From contig CM121341.1 in NCBI GenBank assembly GCA_051530055.1, positions 1,824,711 through 1,888,710 of the forward strand: a stretch of 64,000 nucleotides of DNA, read 5' to 3'. This document shows positions 48,724-61,600 of this stretch, in pieces. Each line of letters begins with the position of its first letter. Positions within the stretch are counted from its first letter, which is position 1. The notes beneath the pieces were generated by a model. The model saw only the letters and a program-made list of their open reading frames with translations, was not told where the DNA came from and ran no database searches. Made by a program: the position numbers and the translations under genes. The stretch comes from Neoechinorhynchus agilis. Taxonomy: Eukaryota > Animalia > Acanthocephala.

Positions 48724-49153
48724 GAATTATCTTTCCAACGTAAACAATTGTGTATGAATATTTAAATGAACCCCAGATAACAATATCGACTAATTTACGC
48801 TCGATTATTGTTAATTCTTCCGTGTTGATAGCCATATCACATTGGAGATGTGGTGATTATAATCGCCTGAATAAAACGTATTTTATTGAATTGAGATATT
48901 TGTAAGGAGGTTGTGTTAGTTTTTTATGCTATATTACTCGTGATTGTCATGGTTCGGGACTTATTCGTTCGAAATATCTCAATAAAAAATATTTTGTATC
49001 ACCGCATCTCCAACTTTATCATCCCCAAGAATTTTTAAAGAATATCCTTTTTTTTATCAACGTACAATCTTATATCGCATCGAAAAGTGGTCCTTAGTAA
49101 TAATTTTTAGCAACCAATGGCCCCATGGATCCCTGAATGAGGGCAACTATAAC

Positions 49154-49343
49154 TTTCAATTAGCGATATTCACTGAGAAATAGATTTATATTGAAAATTT
49201 TCGGCCTTTTCGTTGGCCTTCTTCAGTCAGATTGCTTGTAGGATTTTTAAAAACTTACAAGCAATCTGACTGAAGAAGGCCAACGAAACGGCCGAAAAAT
49301 TTTCAATATAAATCTATTTCTGAGTGAATATCGCTAATTGAAA
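49154..49343. repeat. Near-perfect fold-back (arms about 87 bp) with a hammerhead core motif on each strand
   Basis: Arms 49154..49240 and 49256..49343. Plus core CTGAAGA-A-GGCC-AACGAAAC-GGCC-GAAAAATTTTC at 49270..49304. Confidence 0.93.
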
Positions 49344-49555
49344 TTGAAACAATAATGATTAATTTCTTTACAGCAACTATAACTGTTCATGGTTTGTTTA
49401 AGGTCATTGAATCCAAGATTGTTTGTAAGTTTTGTGCTTTTAAATCTCGTTTTGGATTTTTTCGAAGAAACTTTATTTGTTGACGTCAGATTTCTTATCG
49501 ATCAGTTGAAATTTTTAACCACTATTGAATTACGTGTACTTTTTTTTGTAGAACG

Positions 49556-52500
49556 ATGCAAACTGCATCCACTAGTGATGAGCCCATGACTTCAATGGAA
49601 CTCGATTACGAACTGGACGCGAATGGAAGTATGGAATCACTCGACTGTATCTTGTTTTCCTCTCAATCGATTCATGACAACGATTGCCGATCATTTATAA
49701 TCGAACCGATACATAGCGCACCGCAAAGTTTACAGGACGAAGCCACTACCTTATCATCGCCACTGACGACCACTACAGAACAGAGTGAAGATCCTGAGCT
49801 CGTTATAATGCGGGAAATGGCTTTAAATTCGATAACGAAGACGCCTTCTTTCAATGACGACGATGATGATCATGAGTTAGAGATGATGCGAAAGCTGGCA
49901 CTGAACTCATTGAAGGGTTTCGTTGAACACGACGAAGAACTCAGTCTTGAGCGGATAAGAGAAGAAGCACTCGCTTCGATTCGAACGAGAGCAAGGAAAC
50001 AGCATCCTAGACATGGAAGAGAGAAAAGGCGACGACGTGAACTTGAAGAAGGAGAGTGTTCAAGTGATTCATTGTGGTCGAGTACTACCGACAATGAAGA
50101 TGAAAGCAGCAGTAATAGCTTTAATCAGAATTCAAAAAATTCAGCTGAACCTTTAAGATCGAGAAGTCAAACATCGGTGCTATCTTCAACTGAATCTGGA
50201 CTTAGTATCTATCGAAGGCAACCGTCCAAGTATTCCTTCCGTAAAATCAATATTTCTCCACAAATGTTCTGCTCACTTAACATGCAAATCGATATTTCCG
50301 ATGACGAGAATGATGGCGATGATGAGATTGATGGCGACGATGAAGATTATGATTTTGAAGTTAGTTCCTCTTACACGAGTAAGCGAAGTGATCTGGAACA
50401 CGAATCCAAGTTTGGTCAAACGAGTGAAGAAATCGAAATCCACGATCAAATCAAAACAGTGCGCAAAAGTATTGAACAAAATAGGTAGGTGATGCTGTCG
50501 AAATTATCCACGGATTCACAATATTCATCTCATAATTTTTCATCTTTTTGAGTTATAAAAGATTATGGAAAATTGTTCGGTCGAGTAGCTCCCAGAAGAT
50601 AAATTATACGCATTTTCAATATTCTTACAAAACCGTCTTCCTTTTGAGTAACTTAAATTGCTTGCATATTTTCGGATTTATATCATTTCCTAATCTGATT
50701 CACCGATTTATATATTTTCAACTGAATTTTTAATTACAAACCATAAACTCTGAAAGCTTTAAATTTTCGAAATTTTGGATTTATGAACTTTTTTACTATT
50801 CTTTTGGGAGCCATTAGTTTCCCGTGTAAGCCTTTAAATATTGAAACTTTAAATATACTTCATCTTAAAGTGTCTCCAACTTCGGAACCGTTACCATTTC
50901 TGAATTATGTTTTATTTGGACTTTAAATTGACACCATATCGCACTGCTCACCATCATTTCTTTTGAAACTTTAGCTCTCAAAGTGATGAGATTGTGGCTC
51001 GTATTAAGGACATCGAGGAGCAGATTGAGAGTCAGCAAATGTTACGTTCTCAATCGTCCCATATTCTTGAAGACCTTCATCGTATGATCGAGAATTTACA
51101 AAAGCAAGTTCGTAGTCACGAGCGTACAATTGCTGGGTTTAGCGAATCAATCAATCAACTCGAAAGTGAGGTTTGTATTTTGTGTGGGGCCTCTAAACTC
51201 ACATGTATTTACATGGCCATTCTCCAATTCGCCACAGTGCACTTCTCATCGGAGAAAAATCGAACAAATCAATGCGCAATCATCGGAGAAACTAGAAGAG
51301 CTAGATCATCTCAATCGCTGTCTTGCTAAAAGTAAACTCGATCGAATTCCGTCGTACTTGCCATCGAACGATCACCTCTGGAGCTTCTTGTGTCAGGAAG
51401 ATGACGATACTCTCGCACTAATCGATCGAATATCTCCCCATGGAAAATCCGATATCTTTAAAGAACTCTTCCATAACGGTCGTCTAGAGTTCGCAGAAAG
51501 TCAACGCCGGTTTAATGAACAAAACGAATACAATTGGATACGTTATGGGCGGCACACTTACGAGCCAACCGAAATAAACTTTATGATCCTATCTGAAGGA
51601 AATATTCCTTTGCTTAATGACGATACCGATGAGTCACGTCGACTCTCTCATAAGGATTTTGGCCGAACATCCATTCAACGATCAAACGGGTGTTTAACTA
51701 CGATTCCTAAATTGGTCATTCCCGAAACCTTTAAGTCTCCTTTGGTGAGCAATGCTCGAGATTTTTCTGTTGTAATGAACGAACTTGAAAGTCGGTATTA
51801 TGACTTTGGTGACTCTATCAAAACAATGGAAACAAAAATTAGGGAAGATCCACATGATGAAAATTCATGGTTACGTTTGTGTCATCTTCATTATACGCGA
51901 TCGCAATCACCTAAAGTTGTTTTGGGAGTTCTTGCTCGAGCTGTAGAGGTTCATACTGAAAGTTCAAAGATTTGGTCTTTGTATTTAAGAGCACTGAACG
52001 TTGTCGACAAGTCCAAGATTGATGAGGTCATTCCAAGTGTTATGAAATGGGTCAATCGGGATTTATACTTGCTCACATGTACGGTAAGTATAATTGCTAT
52101 GAGCTTAATCATCTTAATTTTTATCACTTCTCAACTCATACAAACCCTTTTTTTCTCCCATCGTTAGTTAATGGAATTAGACCGCAAACAAGTAGTCCGG
52201 TCCCACGCAAATACAATAATCGACAACGCTGGGAGAGATGAGAATTTCTGGCGTCTCTTAGTCCGCGTGATATCGTGCATCGATAAAACCGAATCGGCTG
52301 AAGTAGCTTATGATCTTCTTACATGCCACTCTACAGGGGAACTCTTTGACAAATGGGACCACATTGAACTTCTTCGCTTGTACATCCTTGCATTTGCGCA
52401 TTTACCATCATTCTTTTGTTCATCATGTGAAGAAGCTATCGAGTGGATACAACGTGGATTTTATGTAGATTGGCACGTCGGTAGAAGATCAGTAGTTAAT

Positions 52501-53730
52501 GAGATAGAAAAGAGCCTAAAAAGGGCGGAAAGTACGCTTCTATTTCAAAATTACGTCCTGATGACCAACGGAAAAGAAATCGGAAACGATTCGTTGAGCA
52601 AGATTCTGTGCCGAATTTCAAGAAGCAACTTTAACGATCTAAACACATTGTCATCTCGAGAACTTTATTATTTGTGTTCCATGGCACAAAATAGACAATG
52701 TAATGAACTACGCAATTGGATGCAAGAAATCCTGAATCTTTTCCCGAACAGTGTTAAAGGCGAATTTTCACTTGATCAGTCGTTTAATCTTCTCGCTGTC
52801 TATGCTCTATCGTCAGATACTCAATCAATTGTACGAATGATTGATCAAGCTCATGATGATGTCACGCAATTCTGCCTTTACGAGTAAGTCCGATATGAGT
52901 GAAAGATTTTATGGCCTTTTCAAGACCCTAAATTAACTTCAATTTTATAGTGGAATGGACAGAGAACACTTTTTTGTCAATGGTGAGACTGTAGAAATAG
53001 GAATTATTATTGAAAATATAAAAAGTTAATTAAAATTTTATTTGAATTGGAGAAGTAAAAGTTCTGTACTTTGTAGCAAAAATATCCTAGAGTAAAATTT
53101 CAAAATTCAGTTTGATGCGATTAATATGAACTGCGACTTTTTTCACAATATTTATTTGAAACGCCAATATTTCTGAAAAATACCTTACTGAGATTCTTGA
53201 TTTTTTAATCACTGTTTTTTTAATTCATAATCTTCTGCCGAATGTTTTTATGCTCATTTCCATAACAACCCCCTCTCATATTCGTCCAGAGCAACAAAAC
53301 GCGGATGCACTGGATTCTTAAACTTCAAGACATTCAACAATTTGGAACCATTTGTGTCCTGTGTTCCCAGATTATCTACTATAATGCCACTTCTGGATAC
53401 AATCTGCTACAATCCCAACACTCCAGATATTGTTATCGACCGTCTGTACTCAATGTTGGTCCCCCTACCTCATAAAATTCATGCCGCTATTAGCGAACCC
53501 GAAGGTTATACAAACGTATCAATGTTTCCGATCTATCAGAGATATCGATCGAACGACTGTACACAAGCCTTCGACATTTGTTCGAATCAAGGGCGCTGGC
53601 AGAAAGCCCATTGCTGTGGACGACGTGAGTTTAGCAATATTTCGTAAGACTTTACGAACCGATCTGCTTTCGGTGCTCGTTCCCCTCGATTTTATCTCCC
53701 AATTTAGATTCTCCGTGGTTTCTAATTTGA
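49556..53730 (+). CDS. ZFC3H1: ZFC3H1-like (PAXT/Red1-type) protein with acidic/coiled-coil N-terminus and HAT/TPR repeats; join(49556..50484,50975..51170,51238..52083,52168..52883,53290..53624,53708..53730), about 1014 aa
   Basis: ELEEGEC motif and repeated ELxxMRxxALxS segments. RYY..IKTMETKIREDPHDENSWLRL..VLARAVEVH..IWSLYLR parallels ZFC3H1 RYF..IANLEASVLENPSHVQLWLKL..VLARALENN..IWCHYLR. Five phase-compatible GT..AG introns; the last exon is tentative. Confidence 0.65.
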
Positions 53731-54379
53731 CAAGACGCGGACGCGAGGTCAGTATTTACTGAAAAAATATATTAAATAATCGATCGTGGATAAACAGGCT
53801 CGATGGATACTGTTAAAGTCGAAACTTTCCGTTAGCAAAACTCTTCCACGAGAAGATTTATAGTGAGTTTATTTTTCTCTGGGTATTAAGTAGGGAAGGG
53901 CCGCACTTTCCCCCCATCAAAAACGAGTGAGTGGGTGCGTGATTATATTAATACGTTGAGAAAATTTTCGAATAAAAAGCAACAAAATAGTGTGGATGCG
54001 GCTTTGGCGATTTACTTTTTAAGAATAGGCTGTGATCTTTATGACGATTTTTATGTTTGTCACTCCTTTATTTCTTTCACTAAAACGAAATCGACCTGAA
54101 TTGATGTTTGGCTCAGTGGTGAACAAAATGCTCAAATCTTAAATTGCAAAAATATCAACTTTGCTCAAAATCGTTCACTCATCAGCCTGTTGTATTAAAT
54201 CGTATTCTGTTGATAAACGATTTTCTCACGCAAACATTTCAGACGAATATATTTCTCGTAAGCACTTGCAAACAATTGAATAAAAAGAAAACATTTTTTT
54301 AATAATAACATAATAAAGTACAAAACGTGCAATCACCACCGTCTGCAAAATCTTAGCTTCTCTCCTTCCTCGGCTGTCG

Positions 54380-55130
54380 CTATGACGTAGCAGCATTGCC
54401 TCGTTGTACTGCGAGCGAGATATTTTGTCGAAGGAATTCGCCTGCTCGTTCGTCGCAGGTCGTTTCTCTCAATTTCTTCAAGAGATCCTGGAGCGGAGAG
54501 AGTGTCGAGCTGCCAAGTGCTCCTTAAGTCTCTACTCCGAAGGGGACAAAATAGTGGGTAATGCTAATTCTGTATATTTTCGTACCTTCCTCCCTTCCGC
54601 TGTACTGGCTGCACTTAGTACGGAATGTTGCTTACTGCGAGGGTATCCACACACGTGGCGTCCCAGAGAAGGCATTTGCCCACCCGCCACGGAAAGACCG
54701 AAATTCCGTCAGGTCGACGACCGTCTAGTCGACAAAGATGGGCGGGTTCCAAGATGTTGGGGAAGTTCGATGTTCTCAGCGCCCGAGAAATTGCGCTATT
54801 GATCTTGCAAACGAAGCCGTGTCGCCCTAAAGCATTAACCAAAGACCCACATCGACAGCGAGACCAAGTCTTAAGGACACTGCGATCCTCGTTACCTCAT
54901 CAGTGAGAAGAGTTCCCGCGGATGCCAGAGGAACAGCCTCCAATCACGCCCCAGATTCTCGTGTCGAAACTGCCAACAATCTAGCTCGAACGACCCCACC
55001 ACGAGAACCTGAAAGTAGAGAGTTGTGAGCTTTCGCGACGAAAGGTCTGTCCCAGATCGACTGTCTGAGGCCATTCACGGGAACATGGTTAGCGCCTGTC
55101 TGCTGGCACCATTCTTCAACTGCCACATTG
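54380..55130 (-). mobile_element. 3' relic of a CRE-clade non-LTR retrotransposon (restriction-like endonuclease domain)
   Basis: RARLLAVSTRESGA, GRHGFVC, RAL..LEP..RLDGRRPDG..PWRVGKCLLWDATCVDTLA, EFLRQNISLAVQRGNA in broken frames. Confidence 0.85.
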
Positions 55131-55149
55131 GCAATGACTGATTAGATCA

Positions 55150-55245
55150 GTAAAAATATATTCGTCTTTAGCGATCTCCCTCGAGTGTCGTCGATAAGCG
55201 ACCTAAATAACAACATATCCCTAACCACCCAAATGCAGTTCTCAT
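55150..55245. repeat. Dispersed copy of the 4340..4510 fold-back family arm
   Basis: tctccctcgagtgtcgtcgataagcgacctaaataacaacatatccctaaccacccaaatgca closely matches 4445..4507. Confidence 0.85.
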
Positions 55246-55256
55246 TGCAAACGTTT

Positions 55257-55530
55257 TAGTTTCGTTTTTTGAGGATTTCATCTGTGAGAATCGACACGAA
55301 CATAATTCTTTATTATTTGCTTTTACGCGGATATCCACCATCGCAACTTGACGGAACAAACACCAATGAGTGTATAGACGAAAGTTTTTGCTTCGTTTTG
55401 TTCGTAATGTTTCATGTGTACGAATCTAATTTTTCAGAAGATTTTATGTGAGCGAATCGACAAACATGCGTTAGTGTTTAGTTGTTTTTTCTGGAAATCG
55501 GACGGATATGCCGATAACAACTAACGCATT
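55257..55530. repeat. Diverged monomers of the 141-bp satellite to the left of the Gypsy element
   Basis: gtttcgtttttt..ttcat..gaatcgaca, ggaacaaacac, ttcgtttt..taatgtttcatgtg and ccgataacaa match the 58.7-64 kb consensus. Confidence 0.6.
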
Positions 55531-55554
55531 AAGCGTCTTTTAATAGCTAACAAA

Positions 55555-58294
55555 TTGATGATGAACACGACGACTCCTTCTAATCAACGTGTCGGCATCT
55601 CTATTAGAACACATCCACGAAAAGAAAACCTACGACAGTGCCATAGAAACATTACCAAGATTACTTGTGAAACCGGTCAACAGTATTTATCAGCGTTACA
55701 GTCTACTCGCTTCGCCAAAATGCTAATTAATCAATTCCACAGTATATGGAGAGGTTAGAAACATTGGCAAGGCAGTGCGTTTTTAAACAAATGACATTTA
55801 TGAGAGCAAAAACTCTCTGATCTGCGATGCCTTCATTTCGGGAATAGGTTCAACAGAAATTCGGCGGTGGATATTAGAGAGCGCCGAAACCGATAAAAGC
55901 AAAGTCCTGGAGATCGCGTTTAACTTAGATGCCGCGTATATCCAAGCTGGTGAGTATACGAAAAATGAAGACGAATGCAACCTAAATGCTGCGAACATGG
56001 AATCGTCAGTTACGATGAGCGGCCAAGAGCAGGATGTTCGAAACGTCGGAGAAACGCTTATGGTCGCCCAGAGGAGGTTCAAGAGAAAATGTCGATATTG
56101 TGGTAGGGGGTCTCATTCACGACAACACTGCCCCACTAAGAATACCACCTGCCATTACTGCTCTAAAAATGGACATTTTCAAGCCGTATGTGAGGCAAAA
56201 GCAAGGGACTCTGGTAAAAGGAAGAACACGTCTGGTCCATCTACTGTCGCTCTAGTGATGAACACGACTTTATGCACAGCGGAGACTTCAACGACGCTCC
56301 GGGAGTTTGTTGTGAACGTGAGCGTAGGCGGACACGATATCAGAGGACTTATGGACAGCGGCAGCACTTCGAATTTCGTGTCTGCATCCCTAGTGAAAGC
56401 AGCAAAAATCAAAACCAAACCGTGCAGAGCTAAAGTTGAATTAGCAGATACAAATAGAAGTGTCGGAAGCAATGCTCGCTAACGTTCAAGGTAAATGAAA
56501 GGTCCTACCAAGACGCATCTTTGAATGGAGAACCTGTGTTTCCCTATCACACTGGGACTACCGTTCCTGCGCTTACATTCTCAAGTGGTCTTCAAAATGG
56601 ACGATCAAACAAGCGAAGAGATTCTAACGATGAATAGTCTCGGCGCGATCCATTGCCAGCCTCCGGCTTTATTCTCTGAAGACGCGACTAAATGGGAACC
56701 TATCGCTACTTCGTCTAGGATGCATCCCCTGCACGTGCAGAATTTCATAAGGAAGGAAATCTCGCGAATCCTTGAAGAAGATGTTATTGAGATCAGCAGC
56801 TCACCGTGGAGGGCACAGGTCCTCGTGGTTACCAAGAAGGGCAAACCTAGAATGGTTGTAGATTACAACCAAACTAAATTGGATGCATATCCGCTCCCGA
56901 GAATCGACGACATCGTGGATAAAGTGGCGAAATACAAAGTCTTCAGTAAAATCGACCTGAAGTCCGCCTACCACCAAATTCCGCTGAAGGAAACGGATCG
57001 ACCGTATACTGCATTCGAGGCAAACAACTGATTGTATCAGTTTAAAAGGATGCCATTCGGAATAACGAACGGGGTGGCTACCTTCCAACGAATAATCGAT
57101 ATTATAGTAGACGGTGAGAAGTTGGAAGGCACTCTGGCATATATTATGGACGATGTGATCATTGGCGGGATAGACCAAAAAGAGCATGACCAGAATCTAT
57201 GTCGATTCAAGCAATGAGAAGAAATGTTTGTTCGGCATAAGAGAAATAAAAATTCTTGGTTACGAGATCGTCAATAGACTCAGGCGCCCCGATCGAGAAC
57301 GCATAAAGTCTCTAGCCAAAATAAAAGTTCCTGAGAACGCTAAAGAACTTCAGCGAGTTCTCAGACTCTTCGCTCACTACGCGAAACGTGTAAAGCATTC
57401 TTCGGAACTCGTACATGACCTCAACAATTCGTCGTCGTTCCCATTGAGTGCGACTGCCGTCAAATCATCCGAGGCCGTTAGGAAACAGATGATGGAATCT
57501 ACGCTTTCCGCCATAGACTATAACCTCCCGTTCACGGTCAAAACCGACACATCGTGCTATGCTATTGGAGGTGTTTTGACCCAAGCTGGACGTCCCGTCG
57601 CATTTTTTCTCGTACTCTCAACAAATCCGAAATACGATGATCGTCCATAGAGAAGGAAGCCGTCGCAATAATCGAAGCGACAAAATATTGGCGGCATTAC
57701 TTGGGCGACAGAAAGTTTACTATAATAACGGACCAACAATCGGTATCGTTCATTTTCCGAGATAATCACAAGAGCAAAATAAAAAAGCGTAAAGGTGGTG
57801 CGATGGCGACTCGATCACTCCGAATTCAAATACGAGATACAGTACCGTCCAGGGAAGCTTAATCTTAGGACTGCTTTGCACCGCAACTGGGCTACTCCGC
57901 ACGGGACCAATTGCATGATTGGCTTTCTCCTGCACAAGCTTTTGTTCGCCAGCATGGATCAAGGGGCAAAAATCCTGTGCGGGAAGCGATCCTGGAAAGT
58001 GTGAACTCGAAGACCGCCAGGGTAGTATTCGATGATGAAACTCGACGGACCAAATCCACAAACGACGTTGCACAACATCCGCGGGAACCTTTGAAAGAAT
58101 ACGACGCCCACGTCAAATCCGAAGAAACTACAAAGACAGAGGAAATGTCGACTGGTGATAACGGCGTCCATGCAGTTGAGATAATGAGCTCGCCTTCGGA
58201 AGGACCTCCAAAGATAACAGCGTTCCCACGCCGGAGCGAACGTTCAAAGAAACCACCTGGATGGTTAAAAGATAACGAGTGGCGAATAATGTAA
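55555..58294 (+). mobile_element. Degenerate Ty3/Gypsy LTR retrotransposon (gag, protease, RT, RNase H; integrase core missing)
   Basis: DAFISGI gag motif; zinc knuckles CRYCGRGSHSRQHC and CHYCSKNGHFQAVC; MDSGST; YPLPRIDD; KIDLKSAYHQI; MPFGITNGVATFQR; MDDVII; TDTSCYAIGGVL; EKEAVAI; RWRLDHSEFKYEIQYRPGKLN; RRSER tail. Many frameshifts and stops. Confidence 0.95.
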
Positions 58295-58424
58295 CGGAAA
58301 TCGATGCCATTGGATTAAAAATCAATAAGTTATTTCACGCACATATAATGCACGCCCGCGTTTGCGATGACTGTTTTGTTTGTCGAATAAAACCTTTCTA
58401 AAGGTCACTGATACGATTACAACA
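58290..58424 (+). mobile_element. Putative 3' LTR of the Gypsy element
   Basis: TGT...ACAACA termini with an internal AATAAA, directly after the pol tail. No matching 5' LTR found. Confidence 0.35.
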
Positions 58425-58686
58425 CAATCTCAAATTGGTTCTAATGCCGAATTGTTCATGTCCTTCATCATGACGAAAAATACAAGTGATTTATTGAATG
58501 CGATATTTCGCAATCAAACAGTCGCGTGCCTCGTCAACTTCATCCTCAGTTTGCAGCTACGTTTTTTCAACGTCTTTAATAAAAAATATATTACCGGGTA
58601 GAATGGATATTGGTCGATGGTCAATAAAATGACCCTGCAACTTATCACTGATGACCTTTCCTGTATAAAAGAATCATTCGGCTTCC

Positions 58687-61600
58687 TAATATCTCGTGTT
58701 GTTAAGAAGTTTGGGCCGATAACAAAAGACGGAACTTTAAGGAACAAAGACAAATTTGTGTACAAAGGAATCGTTTGGTTTCGTTTTTTCTTAATGTTTC
58801 ATGTGAATGAATCGACATAAAAGCCGTTAATATCTCGTGTTGTTAAGAAGTTTGGGCCGATAACAAAAGACGGAACTTTAAGGAACAAACACAAATTTGT
58901 GTACAAAGGAATCGTTTGTTTCGTTTTTTCTTAATGTTTCATGTGAATGAATCGACATAAAGGCGTTATTATCTCGTGTTGTTAAGAAATTTGGGGCCGA
59001 TAACAAAAGACGGAACTTTAAGGAACAAACACAAATTTGTGTACAAAGGAATCGTTTGGTTTCGTTTTTTCTAAAGGTTTCATGTGAATGAATCGACATA
59101 AAAGCGTTAATATCTCGTGTTGTTAAAAAGTTTGGTGCCGATAACAAAAGACGGAACTTTAAGGAACAAACACAAATTTGTGTACAAAGCAATCGTTTGG
59201 TTTCGTTTTTTCTAAAGGTTTCATGTGAATGAATCGACATAAAAGCGTTAATATCTCGTGTTGTTAAAAAGTTTGGTGCCGATAACAAAGGACGGAACTT
59301 TAAGGAACAAACACAAATTTGTGTACAAAGCAATCGTTTGGTTTCGTTTTTTCTAAAGGTTTCATGTGAATGAATCGACATAAAAGCGTTAATATCTCGT
59401 GTTGTTAAAAAGTTTAGGGCCGATAACAAAAGACGGAACTTTAAGGAACAAACACAAATTTGTGTACAAAGGAATCGTTTGGTTTCGCTTTTTTCTAAAG
59501 GTTTCATGTAAATGAATCGACATAAAAGCCGTTAATATCTCGTGTTGTTAAGAAGTTTGGGCCGATAACAAAAGACGCAACTTTAAGGAACAAACTCAAA
59601 TTTGTGTACAAAGTAATCGTTTGGTTTCGTTTTTTCTAAAGGTTTCATGTAAATGAATCGACATAAAAGCGTTAATATCTCGTGTTGTTAAAAAGTTTGG
59701 GCCGATAACAAAAGACGGAACTTTAAGGAACAAACACAAATTTGTGTACAAAGGAGTCGTTTGGTTTCGTTTTTCTAAAGGTTTCATGTGAATGAATCGA
59801 CATAAAAGCCGTTAATATCTCGTGTTGTTAAGAAGTTTGGGCCGATAACAAAAGACGCAACTTTAAGGAACAAACTCAAATTTGTGTACAAAGTAATCGT
59901 TTGGTTTCGTTTTTTCTAAAGGTTTCATGTAAATGAATCGACATAAAAGCGTTAATATCTCGTGTTGTTAAAAAGTTTGGGCCGATAACAAAAGACGGAA
60001 CTTTAAGGAACAAACACAAATTTGTGTACAAAGGAATCGTTTGGTTTCGTTTTTTCTTAATGTTTCATGTAAATGAATCGACGTAAAAGCGTTAATATCT
60101 CGTGTTGTTAAAAAGTTTGGGCCGATAACAAAAGACGGAACTTTAAGGAACAAACACAAATTTGTGTACAAAGGAATCGTTTGGTTTCGTTTTTTCTAAA
60201 GGTTTCATGTAAATGAATCGACATAAAAGCGTTAATATACCGTTATTGTTAAGAAATTTGGGGCCGTTAACTAAAGACGGAACTTTAAGGAACAAACACA
60301 AATTTGTGTACAAAGGAATCGTTTGGTTTCGTTTTTTCTAAAGGTTTCATGTAAATGAATCGACATAAAAGCGTTAATATCTCGTGTTGTTAAGAAATTT
60401 GGGGCCGTTAACGAAAGACGGAACTTTAAGGAACAAACACAAATTTGTGTACGAGGAATCGTTTGGTTTCGTTTTTCTTAATGTTTCATGTGAATGAATC
60501 GACCTAAAAGGCGTTAATATCTCGTGTTGTTAAGAAATTTGGGGCCGATAACTAAAGACGGAACTTTAAGGCAAACACAAATTTGTGTGTAAAGGAATCG
60601 TTTGGTTTCGTTTTTTCTAAAGGTTTCATGTGAATGAATCGACATAAAAGCGTTAATATCTCGTGTTGTTAAAAAGTTTGGTGCCGATAACAAAGGACGG
60701 AACTTTAAGGAACAAACACAAATTTGTGTACAAAGCAATCGTTTGGTTTCGTTTTTTCTAAAGGTTTCATGTGAATGAATCGACATAAAAGCGTTAATAT
60801 CTCGTGTTGTTAAAAAGTTTGGGCCGATAACAAAAGACGGAACTTTAAGGAGCAAACACAAATTTGTGTACAAAGGAATCGTTTGGTTTCGTTTTTTTCT
60901 CAGGTTTCATGTGAATGAATCGACATAAAAGCCGTTAATATCTCGTGTTGTTAAGAAGTTTGGGCCGATAACAAAAGACGGAACTTTAAGGAACAAACAC
61001 GAATTTGTGTACAAAGGAATTTGGTTTCGTTTTTTCTAAAGGTTTCATGTGAATGAATCGACATAAAAGCCGTTAATATCTCGTGTTGTTAAGAAGTTTG
61101 GGCCGATAACAAAAGACGCAACTTTAAGGAACAAACTCAAATTTGTGTACAAAGTAATCGTTTGGTTTCGTTTTTTCTAAAGGTTTCATGTGAATGAATC
61201 GACATAAAAGCCGTTAATATCTCGTGTTGTTAAGAAGTTTGGGCCGATAACAAAAGACGCAACTTTAAGGAACAAACTCAAATTTGTGTACAAAGTAATC
61301 GTTTGGTTTCGTTTTTTTCAAAAATGCCAACAGAATGAATCGACATAAAAGCCGTTAATATCTCGTGTTGTTAAGAAGTTTGGGCCGATAACAAAAGACG
61401 GAACTTTAAGGAACAAACACAAATTTGTGTACAAAGGAGTCGTTTGGTTTCGTTTTTTCTAAAGGTTTCATGTGAATGAATCGACATAAAAGCCGTTAAT
61501 ATCTCGTGTTGTTAAGAAGTTTGGGCCGATAACAAAAGACGGAACTTTAAGGAACAAACACAAATTTGTGTACAAAGGAGTCGTTTGGTTTCGTTTTTTC

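Noticed and set aside
55450-55560. Expected 5' LTR and primer-binding site of the Gypsy element
   Set aside because: No match to 58290..58424 and no TGG-type PBS seen
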